From IMG/VR virus record IMGVR_UViG_3300009523_000001, positions 32,001 through 96,000 of that record: DNA of 64,000 nt, one strand, 5' to 3'. Each line of letters begins with the position of its first letter. Position 1 is the first letter of the stretch. This DNA is from a virus. The notes beneath the pieces are model-generated. The model ran no database searches. It was not told the DNA's origin and saw only the letters and a list, made by a program, of their open reading frames with translations. A program made the position numbers and the translations under genes. Of this stretch, positions 50,539-59,347 are shown piece after piece.

Positions 50539-51734
50539 TCCGGGCATTTCGTTACCCACTTCGTCCAACGAAAGCGCAGGAAGCGACGCTTGAAGCATGG
50601 CTTACGGCGAGTTGCACACTTTACAACGCTGCTCTGCAAGAACGACGAGATGCGTGGAGCAAACAGCATGTGCGAATCAGTCGCTTCGATCAGCAGAAGG
50701 AACTAACTGAACTTCGGGCCACGGATCCAGAATGGGAGATGATCCCACTCTTGGTTCAGCGCAGTGCACTACGACGTCTTGACCGAGCGTTTCTGGCGTT
50801 CTTCCGACACGTAAAGCGCGGTGAAAAAAAAGGATACCCGCGCTTTCGGTCGCGCGACCGTTATGACTCATTTACTCTGCCTCCGCTTTTCGGGGTGCGC
50901 GCTGAAGGCGACCATGTACGCTTACCAAAACTAGGCCTGGTGAAGTTTCACCAGTACCGCGAGATGCGTGGCCGGATGAAGCAGGTCACGGTGGGTCGCA
51001 GCAGTACGCGCGGCTGGTACGTATCGTTCGTCTGCGACCTCGGCGAAGCGCCAACGAAAATCGCGGTCCGATCGGCTATCGGCATTGATGTCGGCCTGGA
51101 AGCGTTCGCTACGCTCTCTAACGGTGAGCGTGTCGAAAATCCGCGCTTCTTCCGCGCGTCGGAGAAGACGCTAGCGCGGCGCCAGCAGTTGCTCGCTCGC
51201 AAGCAACGTGGATCGAACAGTCGACGTCAAGCTCGTACACTGGTTGCTCGTACCTACGAGCACATTCGCAATCAGCGTCTGGATTTTGCCCGCAAGTTCG
51301 CGTGTGCGATCTTCAACCGGTTCGACCTCGTAGCGCACGAGAATCTAGAAATCGCCCGCATGATGCGCGGACATTTATCAAAATCCATTCGTGACGCCGC
51401 GTGGGGCGTCGCCATCAAAGCACTCAACTGCAAGGCGGAGGGTGCCGGCAAGTGGGTGGTGGCGACGGATCCGCGGCGTAGCAGTATCGACTGCTCAGGC
51501 TGCGGTGAACCAGTCCCGAAGGACTTGTCGCAACGTGAGCACCGATGCCCGCAATGCGGACTCATTCTCCATCGAGATGAGAACGCTGCGCGGAACGTTT
51601 TGGCGCGCGGCTTGCGCGCGGGGTCGTTGACCGAAGCCGTTACAACGGTAGGGCCGGAGTTTATGGCGTCGTTGACCGAAGCCGTTACAACGGTAGGGCC
51701 GGAGTTTATGGCCACTCTTGGAGCTTGCCAATGA
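50535..51734 (+). mobile_element. tnpB: IS200/IS605-family TnpB RNA-guided nuclease, no tnpA
   Basis: AFRYPLRPT, YNAALQER, GYPRFR, GIDVG, HENL, CSGC..CPQC, RDENAA: RuvC triad intact. Confidence 0.95.
51623..51712 (+). repeat. Perfect 45-bp tandem duplication at the tnpB 3' end
   Basis: gtcgttgaccgaagccgttacaacggtagggccggagtttatggc x2, each with a CCGTT-ac-AACGG inverted repeat. Confidence 0.95.
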
Positions 51735-52405
51735 TCATCATCGACAAGCCCGTAGAAGGTGTGAAGACGGACGTACGTTCGCACCCAGCCGGTCGTGATG
51801 GGTCGCTTCTCTCACTCAAGGAGGTTGCCGAGCGCGCGTGGAAGAGTCGTATGTCTCCGCGCCTGCGCGCGTGGACAACGCAGAAACTCGCCGAGGTGGG
51901 CGTATCGACGGGGTCGCGCCGGCAGAAGGGGCAAGCAGTTCTCGACGCGTTCCGCAAGAAGGTGCCGTATGTTGCTGACCCAGTTCTTGGCGAGTTCATG
52001 GAAACTCCGGAACAGACGCTCTGCTTGGACGAGGGAGGTCTTTGCTTCATCGGCACGGACTGCGACGGTGCAAGCATCTCGCTCGCCGCCGCGATGATGT
52101 CGATCGGCATCCCCGCGATGATCATCGGCTCGTCGCACAAGCACCCGCACGACGTGCCGACGCACGTCTTCATGGCCTTCCAGGACGAGCAGGACGACTG
52201 GGTCCGCATGGACGGCACTACGAAGCATCCGGTCGGTCGCGTCGCGCCGCACAAGCGCGAGTGGTGGTTCGAGCCGGGCGCGGAAGCGAAGAACCGCGGC
52301 GAAGGAGACTTCGTCGGGATGTCGGGCGGCAGCGAGGTCGGTGTCAGCGGAAGCGTCCGTGGGCTGGCGAGCGTGCTCGATCTGCTCTACCCGTCGATCC
52401 GGTAA
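51731..52405 (+). CDS. Transglutaminase-like (papain-fold) cysteine enzyme
   Basis: YVADP..E..P..TL; DCDG, HVF, WVRMDGT give a C-H-D triad. Confidence 0.85.
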   Translation: MIIIDKPVEGVKTDVRSHPAGRDGSLLSLKEVAERAWKSRMSPRLRAWTTQKLAEVGVSTGSRRQKGQAVLDAFRKKVPYVADPVLGEFMETPEQTLCLDEGGLCFIGTDCDGASISLAAAMMSIGIPAMIIGSSHKHPHDVPTHVFMAFQDEQDDWVRMDGTTKHPVGRVAPHKREWWFEPGAEAKNRGEGDFVGMSGGSEVGVSGSVRGLASVLDLLYPSIR

Positions 52406-52470
52406 GTTCTCGGATTGCACGCTGGCGCGTGGCGCCGCTGCATGGAGAAGCATCGGGCGCGCGTGCGCGA

Positions 52471-52540
52471 ATGCAACCCCGATGCAACCGTTGCATCGGA
52501 TGCAGCATGCAACGCCGTTGCATCGAGAGCACCATGCAAC
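52471..52540. repeat. ATGCAAC/GTTGCAT heptamer cluster
   Basis: ATGCAAC at 52471, 52482, 52507 and 52534; GTTGCAT at 52490 and 52517; perfect 10-bp-arm palindrome 52479-52499. Confidence 0.85.
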
Positions 52541-52559
52541 CGGCGATGTCTCTCATCCA

Positions 52560-52599
52560 AATAGGGAATACCCGAGACATACCTGAGTATGCCGTTTAC
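52560..52599. repeat. Dispersed ~40-bp palindromic site, copy 3
   Basis: aatagggaatac-ccga-GACATAC-ctga-GTATGCC. Confidence 0.85.
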
Positions 52600-52827
52600 G
52601 AGATGCGGATCGGGTGCGTGATCGAAATCGGATGAGCCGAACGGCGCACTGTTCTCGACGTGCAATACGGTTCGTTCGTCGCGCTCGGGCGCGCAGCGCA
52701 AGTCATTGACTTGATGCGGGTTTAGTTCAATCGCCGGCACGCCCTCCCGATCGGCCAACTCCCCCTCGGCTCCCCCGGTGCGCACACGCGGATTGGAGTC
52801 CGAATCACGCGTGCCAGAAATCACTTG

Positions 52828-52856
52828 TTGACGCTGCAAGAGCGCATTGTGAATCT
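52828..52856 (+). promoter_or_regulatory. Shared structural-gene promoter, copy 3
   Basis: TTGACG-ctgcaagagcgcattgt-GAATCT (17-nt spacer). Confidence 0.65.
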
Positions 52857-52873
52857 TGAAAAACGTTGAAGAC

Positions 52874-55800
52874 ATGGGCGTGTACCACTCCCGTCTCGCC
52901 GAGCTCTCCGCCGCGCACGAACGCGGTCAACGGCTTGGCGCAGGACGTCGACCTTCCCGGCCTCCCTATCGGCAATCGCTCCGCCCGGCGCCGCCCGGCC
53001 GCCGTGAGGTCCGCATCGGCACGGTCATCCCAAGCACGTACGTTCCGCCGCCCTACTCTCCCCCTCCCCCTCCTCCTCCGGATCCGGACTCGTTCGTTGA
53101 AGCCAAGCGCAAGGCCATGCAGGCGCAGTCGCTGCTTTTCGATCGCAGCGCCGGTTGGACCGTCGAGAAAGCGAAGCAGTGGGCCAAAAGTCACGGCTAC
53201 AAATCCGGCAAGGTGGACGTTACCGACCGGTACGTTCGCCTGCGGCAGCAAGACCCGAAGGGGTTCGCAGTCAAACGAACGGTTCCGTTCGGCAAGGGCA
53301 TTCGCGCAGTAGTCGCTCGTGAGGAGACCATGAAAAAGAAGACGAAGACGACCCGTCGTCCTGCTCGCAAGTCCGCGGCCAAGCCCAAGGCGGCCCATCG
53401 AGCCTCTCCGAAGCGCCGAACCGCGCCGAAGCGCCGAGCGGCGCCGAAGTCCAAAACGAGCGTCGTCACCGCGCGCCGGCGTCCGCGCCATGCGCGAGAA
53501 GTGAGACGAACCGCGACCGAGTCGCGGCGCCGTCCGCGCCGCATGCGGGAGACTCCCGTGGTTGCCGAGGCGCGCCGCCGTCCGAAGCACCGCAAGCCCA
53601 CCCACCGCAAGCCCACCCATCGCAAATCGACCCACCGCAAGCGGCCGTCGAGCTACGTGATGGCGAAACGTCGTCCGCACCACCACCGCAAGGTGTCGGC
53701 GTGGCGTGGCGACAGCGCAGGCCACAGCAAGGCTGCGAAGAAGGGGTGGCGAACGCGCAAGGGCGGCAAGACGACCAGGAAGGCCGCCGAGTCGCGGCGT
53801 CGCCCGCGTCGGCACGCTCGCGAGACGACGACCGTTCAGGCCCGTCGGCGCCCGCGTCGTCGTGTCCACGAGCCGATGACCGTGCAGGCCCGTCGCCGTC
53901 CGAAGCATCGGCGCGCTCGTGAGACGAAAGTCGTCCAGGCCCGTCGGCGCCCGCGCAAGTACACCCGAGAGACGACGACCGTTCAGGCGCGTCGGCGTCC
54001 GCGTCGTCATGCTCGCGAGACGAAGGTCGTCCAGGCCCGTCGCCGTCCGAAGCATCGGCGCGCCCGCGAGACGAAAGTCGTTCGATCCTACCGCGCGCAC
54101 AAGGTCCGCGCGCCGAGCTTCGGCAGTATGGCCCGCACGGCGGGCAACATGGCCCTCGAAGTGGGGACCGCCGCCGCCGCCTTCCTGGCCGCGGACGCCA
54201 TCGATCGGTTCCTCGCGGGCTACGATCCATCGGCCGCGAACAAGCCGGCGAACAAGTTCACTTCGGACGGGGTCGGTACGCTAGCCAATGCGCTCAACGT
54301 CGCGTCGGCGCCCGACCTGTGGCGCTACGGCAGCCTAGGAGTCCTGACCTTCGGACCGCTCATCGGCTCGCTCTTCATCAAGAAGGCTGCAATTCGATCG
54401 TCGGTCGAGGGGATGGGGGTCGGAGCCGGAATCAAGTTCGCCGCGACGCTCTGGTCGAGCGTGCTGATGCCGCTGCTCATCGGCAAGGACACGAGCACAC
54501 CGGCGCTGCAGAAGAGCTGGATCGCGCGCCTGTACCCTGCCGAGGTCTCGGCGGCCCTCAACATGAAGAGCGGAACCGCTGCTGTCTCGAGCGGCGGCGC
54601 CGCCAGCAAGGCCGGCACGCTCTCGGACGGATCCGAGCAAACCGGCGTCGGAAAGGACGCCGGCCCATTCGCGCTCGCCGACCGCTTCGGCCGCCACCGC
54701 GAGTGGGTCACGCCCTCTTCGTGGACGCCGCCCGCCATCCCTGGCGTTCCGGGGTACAACGATCCGGGTCCGACGGAGATGATTGTCGACGACGACGATC
54801 AACCCGCTCCCCCCGTTCAGTCGGCATGGCCGCCCCGCTGGGGTCATTGGCACCGCTGGGGCCTGCGCGGCGTCGGCGACGCGGTGCAGGACATGGCGCA
54901 CACCATCGCGGCGAAGACCGGCGTGCACCCGGCGCACGCCGTCAACGCGGCGATGCACGCGGTGGCCGAACCGCACGACCTCACGCAGGCGTTGCAGCGC
55001 GCGCTGCCGCACCTGCGTCGCGAGCTCCTCATCGAGTGCGCGCGGCACGTGCATCCGCACGTGGTCCGAATGCACGCGCACGCCAGGTATCCGCGCGAGC
55101 ACGAAGAGTGGACCGGCGCGCGGGCAGCCGAAGGGTTGCCGGCGCCCGAACACGACGCGCCCGAGAGCGAGTGGCGCGAGTGGCATGGCAAGCGGGCGTC
55201 CGCCGGATTGCCGTACGCTCCCCCACCGCCCGATCTGCCGGCGTCGACGCCCGCGCACTTGCGCGAGCGCCACGAATGGCACCCGAATTACGAACGAGAG
55301 ATCGCCTACGACCGGTACCCGACCGTTCAGCAGGTGATGGGGATCGGCGCCGGGGGGCCCGCAACGGGCGGCAATCCAGGGCAGCCTGGACTCGGCGAAG
55401 TGTTTTCGAACGCCGTGCAGGCTGCAGGAGCTTCGATCCCGGGCATACCGCTCGAGAACGCCGTCACCACGACCGCGTACGCAGCGGCCGAACCGTTCAA
55501 CTGCACGCGGGCGATCGAACGCGCGATGCCGCTCATCCGGAGTGAGCTCGCACGCTACTGCGCCGAGAACATGAGTCCGTACATCCAGCAACTGCACGCG
55601 CAGACGGGGGTTCCGGTGACCACCGCAGCGGTGCCCACTCCGCCCGTACCGGCACCACCTCTGTCCGTCATCGAGTTCGTGCCGTCTCCACCGCCCCCGA
55701 GCTGGACACGCGGTGAAGCGGAATGGCACACGCAAGAACGCCAAGACTGGGATCGCACACACGGCAAAGCCACGCCGGCCGTGGAGGCCGCCGCCACGCA

Positions 55801-56242
55801 CGCCGCAAAAGAGGCGGCTGCTCCGCATGCGGACGCCAAGAAGCCTGCCGTGGCCGCTGCCGTCCAGGCTGCAGCAACCGGAGCGGCGACCGCCGCATCC
55901 GCCGCTCCGCCCGGCACGCCCACTCCGGTCGTGCATCAGATCGCCAAGGAAGGGGCGCAAGCCGCCGCGGACGCACACGGTCCCGTGGCTGACCACCCTG
56001 CCGTTCAAGCGGCCGTCGTGGCAGCCGCACCGGCGGCGGCGGCGGCCCACGCCGCCGCACCGCACGCAGGCACCTCGGGCGTCGGGAACCCACCCAGGAA
56101 CCTCCCCGTCGGCCCCCCCAAGCTGCCGCATCCGGGACCGCAACCGCTGCAGTCGGAGTGCGGTTGCCTGGACGACAGCCCGTACCTCGGCTTCATCGGG
56201 GACGAAGTCGAGCAAGACCTGCTCTGGAACGCGGCCGAGTAA
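52874..56242 (+). CDS. Large core-like protein: protamine-like Arg repeats, hydrophobic helices, Ala/Pro/His-rich modules
   Basis: QSLLFD..WT..AKQW..HG..RQQDP domain; repeated RET..VQARRRP units; in-frame internal ATG 53330 with GAGGAG. Confidence 0.8.
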   Translation: MGVYHSRLAELSAAHERGQRLGAGRRPSRPPYRQSLRPAPPGRREVRIGTVIPSTYVPPPYSPPPPPPPDPDSFVEAKRKAMQAQSLLFDRSAGWTVEKAKQWAKSHGYKSGKVDVTDRYVRLRQQDPKGFAVKRTVPFGKGIRAVVAREETMKKKTKTTRRPARKSAAKPKAAHRASPKRRTAPKRRAAPKSKTSVVTARRRPRHAREVRRTATESRRRPRRMRETPVVAEARRRPKHRKPTHRKPTHRKSTHRKRPSSYVMAKRRPHHHRKVSAWRGDSAGHSKAAKKGWRTRKGGKTTRKAAESRRRPRRHARETTTVQARRRPRRRVHEPMTVQARRRPKHRRARETKVVQARRRPRKYTRETTTVQARRRPRRHARETKVVQARRRPKHRRARETKVVRSYRAHKVRAPSFGSMARTAGNMALEVGTAAAAFLAADAIDRFLAGYDPSAANKPANKFTSDGVGTLANALNVASAPDLWRYGSLGVLTFGPLIGSLFIKKAAIRSSVEGMGVGAGIKFAATLWSSVLMPLLIGKDTSTPALQKSWIARLYPAEVSAALNMKSGTAAVSSGGAASKAGTLSDGSEQTGVGKDAGPFALADRFGRHREWVTPSSWTPPAIPGVPGYNDPGPTEMIVDDDDQPAPPVQSAWPPRWGHWHRWGLRGVGDAVQDMAHTIAAKTGVHPAHAVNAAMHAVAEPHDLTQALQRALPHLRRELLIECARHVHPHVVRMHAHARYPREHEEWTGARAAEGLPAPEHDAPESEWREWHGKRASAGLPYAPPPPDLPASTPAHLRERHEWHPNYEREIAYDRYPTVQQVMGIGAGGPATGGNPGQPGLGEVFSNAVQAAGASIPGIPLENAVTTTAYAAAEPFNCTRAIERAMPLIRSELARYCAENMSPYIQQLHAQTGVPVTTAAVPTPPVPAPPLSVIEFVPSPPPPSWTRGEAEWHTQERQDWDRTHGKATPAVEAAATHAAKEAAAPHADAKKPAVAAAVQAAATGAATAASAAPPGTPTPVVHQIAKEGAQAAADAHGPVADHPAVQAAVVAAAPAAAAAHAAAPHAGTSGVGNPPRNLPVGPPKLPHPGPQPLQSECGCLDDSPYLGFIGDEVEQDLLWNAAE

Positions 56243-56337
56243 GGCCGAGAGAAACCAACCACGAGAGAACGTTTTAGCCACACACAACCCCCCGCGGCGG
56301 ACCAGGGAAACGGCGGGGATCGAAAGAGAGCGCGATC

Positions 56338-57654
56338 ATGGCAAGGAACCTGCTGCAGAAGAAGTCGATCAAGTACGGCGGCGAGAGCCGCGAGAAGGTG
56401 ATGCGCGTGCCGTTCGGCCTGGGCGCTCCGCCCGGCGACGAGAAGGCCGCAGAGAAGTGCCTGCGATGCGGGTTCGGCAACGTGCCCGTCGTCGAGGAGG
56501 TGGTCTGGACGATCCCCTTGCCGCTGACCGCGGAGCAGGCGCAGACGACGTTCGGCGACACGGTCAACCCGCTCAGCGGGTCGTCCGCGGTGCCCGGCGT
56601 CGCGAGCATCGACAGCACGTTCCTCATCAACGGTATCCTGCAGACGGATATCCTCGCCCAGGGCATCGGCGTGCACGTCTTCTGCGAGCCGATGTCGTTC
56701 TCCACGATCGGCAACGCGTTCATCGCCCCGACCCAGCAGCTCGCCACCGGCTCCCCTCCGAGCCCGGACGTCTGGACGGCCAACGACTACGCAAACGGCG
56801 CCTTCGGGTCCTACGTGACTGGTCCCGATCAGGTGACCCCCGCGGTTTTCGAGTTCGGCGCGGCAACCTGGCGCGCAGGCTGGAACTTCATCAACGCCTA
56901 CCAGTTCCAGTGGAAGACGTCGCAGCGTGAGCTCGTGCTCAACGAGCTTGCGGCCGACATCTCGTACTTCGGATCGTTCGCTGACGCCGAAGCGAGCGGC
57001 ACGAGCGAGCTACCGGTCATCGACTACGTCGCGCTCGTCAACGCGCAGTACCGCGCGCAGGGTTCCGACACGATCTTCCTGCCGGTCAACTTCCGGCGGG
57101 TCGGCAGCTTCACCCCGTCGGGAGCATCGACCGGCGTCAACATCGGCATCTTCCACCCGACGCGCGACTTCGACCTCGCGCCGGTCACCTGGGGAGGCCT
57201 GCGGTGGCAGGGGTACGGCTGCCGCGGACAGATGTACCGACCGGTCGAGAGCCCGTGCTTTCTCGAGCGCGGAATCCCCATCGGGATGATCTTCATCGCG
57301 CAGGACGCCGTGCACCAGGCGCAGATGATCGAGGCGCTCACGATCGACAACGAGCCGTTCGGGATCAACGTCCTTCCGGACGTCAACCTGGCCGCCGTCA
57401 CCTCTGGAGGCAGCACCAGCCTCAGCTCGGCCGCCGTGCTCGCTCTCCTGCCTACGCTGGCCCTGCCGATGATGGAGCAGACACTCGACGGGACGGCGCT
57501 TTACGCGTCGCAGGTCGTCAACGACAGCCGCCAAATCTTCAAGGGCGGCATCCTCAAGCTCGGCATCAAGATCAAGGGCTGGGAGATGCCTGGCGGATGG
57601 AAGTCGTACTGCTCGGAAAAGTACCCGAGCATGATGCGAGCCCACGCGGCCTGA
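56338..57654 (+). CDS. Candidate major capsid protein (beta-rich, possibly jelly-roll)
   Basis: ORF is solid; function inferred only from size (438 aa), beta-like pattern, position after the core protein and a downstream hairpin. Confidence 0.45.
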   Translation: MARNLLQKKSIKYGGESREKVMRVPFGLGAPPGDEKAAEKCLRCGFGNVPVVEEVVWTIPLPLTAEQAQTTFGDTVNPLSGSSAVPGVASIDSTFLINGILQTDILAQGIGVHVFCEPMSFSTIGNAFIAPTQQLATGSPPSPDVWTANDYANGAFGSYVTGPDQVTPAVFEFGAATWRAGWNFINAYQFQWKTSQRELVLNELAADISYFGSFADAEASGTSELPVIDYVALVNAQYRAQGSDTIFLPVNFRRVGSFTPSGASTGVNIGIFHPTRDFDLAPVTWGGLRWQGYGCRGQMYRPVESPCFLERGIPIGMIFIAQDAVHQAQMIEALTIDNEPFGINVLPDVNLAAVTSGGSTSLSSAAVLALLPTLALPMMEQTLDGTALYASQVVNDSRQIFKGGILKLGIKIKGWEMPGGWKSYCSEKYPSMMRAHAA

Positions 57655-57677
57655 TCTCGATCACCGCGTAGTGGATC

Positions 57678-57724
57678 AACGAGAGGCGTGGTCGCGAGAG
57701 CGCCGCGCCTCTCGTTTCAATTTT
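57678..57724 (+). terminator. Intrinsic terminator-like hairpin
   Basis: aacgagaggcg..cgcctctcgtt followed by tcaatttt. Confidence 0.6.
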
Positions 57725-57751
57725 GAGGTACGTTGATTCCGGAGGAAGCTC

Positions 57752-58348
57752 ATGCAGCCGCGAGACCACGACATCCGCAACCTTGCCCTCTATGCCCCAC
57801 GGATCGCGTATGGGATGGTCGCGGGCGTTCCTCGGGTGCCGTTCGTCGCGGACCTCCCGATCCAGTTCACGTCGAGCGTAGTCGATGCTCCCGCGATCAT
57901 CACGAGCTTCGACAACAACCTCGTCTCGGACACCGTCATCGACAACGTGTCGTTTACGCTGTTCCAGCAGAACTCGTTCCCTGGGAGCCCGTTCCAGAGC
58001 CTGTACTTCGCGTACCTCAAGGCCCAGACCGGCGTCGGCATCAAGCTCGACGTTTACGGGGGGCCGAAGTACGCCATCAGCGACGGACCCGTCGAGCTCG
58101 CAAACCTGTTTGACGTGATCAAGCTCACGTGGCCGTCTGGCTGGGTGATTTTCAAACAAAGTAACATCAAAATCGCCGCGGTCCTTTTCCAGACGCCGGT
58201 GAGCGTACCGTACGACGTACACATTTTGTTCAACGGGTTCCAATTCCTCGACAAGGTGATGGACGACATGAGCGATACCGACGCACGCTGCCGGCTGAGA
58301 AAGCTCGGCATCGAGTCCCCCGATCTGGCCGAGCTGCTCAAACCGTAA
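57752..58348 (+). CDS. Beta-rich putative structural protein
   Basis: RBS GGAGG; alternating hydrophobic pattern. Confidence 0.6.
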   Translation: MQPRDHDIRNLALYAPRIAYGMVAGVPRVPFVADLPIQFTSSVVDAPAIITSFDNNLVSDTVIDNVSFTLFQQNSFPGSPFQSLYFAYLKAQTGVGIKLDVYGGPKYAISDGPVELANLFDVIKLTWPSGWVIFKQSNIKIAAVLFQTPVSVPYDVHILFNGFQFLDKVMDDMSDTDARCRLRKLGIESPDLAELLKP

Positions 58349-58360
58349 GGGGATGAGCGG

Positions 58361-59347
58361 ATGCGCGACGACCAGGCGGCGGAGCTAACCGATCTGCAGG
58401 CCGAACCCATCGGGGTCGGTCAGCACGGGACAGACCCCAAAGCCATCGTGCCGCCGTCGAGGGGGCGGCGCGGCGACTTGGAGGTGAGGCTACTCGACCT
58501 GCAGCGCGACCCGAACGGGGTCGGCTATGGAGTCCGCACGCGCCTCTGGTCCGGTCGCCACGAGATCGTCCCCGCGACGATCGATCCGTTTGTCTCGCTG
58601 CTCGGCAGCGACCCGTGGGGATCGCCCGTCGGTACCGGCGTCCTCGTCCCCTCCACGCCAACGGCCACGCTCGTTCCGACCGGAGCACCCCCGTCGCAGT
58701 ACCGGTACCTCTTCTTGCTCGCTCGCGAGCAGTTCAATTCCGGCGAGCAGGGGGTGCGACTGACAGGCATCCGGATGTACGCGGAGCTCACCGCAACCGT
58801 TTCGGATGTCGGGACCTTCCGTAAGGAGATCATGAGTCCACTCTGGCATCCGCCCGACGGGAACATCTCCTGGCACATCGTGATGATCCCGAAGACCTGG
58901 ATGCTGACTCGCAACGTCCAGAACGCGGACAGTCTGAAGTTCCGCGACGCCTACGGGCCGTGCATGCTCTACGAAACGATCGCAGGCCCGCAGTTCGCGC
59001 CGACCGCGTACAAGCCCCCGAACGCCGGCCGGCCGTGGGGCAAGCCGCTTGGGAGCGTGAGCCTCGGCAACATGCACGACATGCGGTACCGCTGGCGTAC
59101 CGGCTACCTCGAACAGATGCTCGACATCCCGGTGCCGCTGCCGTGCGACATCGCGTTCTTCGCGAGCGTCCGGCAGAACGACCCGTCGACCAACCCGGCC
59201 GCGAGCGACCTGTCGGCCAATCAGTTTACGGCGCTCGGCACAGGGTCCGAAGACCAGTTTCTGACCGCCTTCAACACGACCGCGCAGTACGGCCGGATTG
59301 CGGGGTCGCTCGTCTTCGACGAGAATCTGGGAGAGGACGTGCCCTGA
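58361..59347 (+). CDS. Putative structural protein
   Basis: Operon context; 328 aa. Confidence 0.6.
   Translation: MRDDQAAELTDLQAEPIGVGQHGTDPKAIVPPSRGRRGDLEVRLLDLQRDPNGVGYGVRTRLWSGRHEIVPATIDPFVSLLGSDPWGSPVGTGVLVPSTPTATLVPTGAPPSQYRYLFLLAREQFNSGEQGVRLTGIRMYAELTATVSDVGTFRKEIMSPLWHPPDGNISWHIVMIPKTWMLTRNVQNADSLKFRDAYGPCMLYETIAGPQFAPTAYKPPNAGRPWGKPLGSVSLGNMHDMRYRWRTGYLEQMLDIPVPLPCDIAFFASVRQNDPSTNPAASDLSANQFTALGTGSEDQFLTAFNTTAQYGRIAGSLVFDENLGEDVP

Noticed and set aside
51623-51712. CRISPR array next to tnpB
   Set aside because: Two directly abutting identical units with no spacer.
52716-52816. tRNA-like start GCGGGTTTAGTTCAAT and a GGCACGC/GCGTGCC stem
   Set aside because: No anticodon arm, T-loop or matching acceptor strand.
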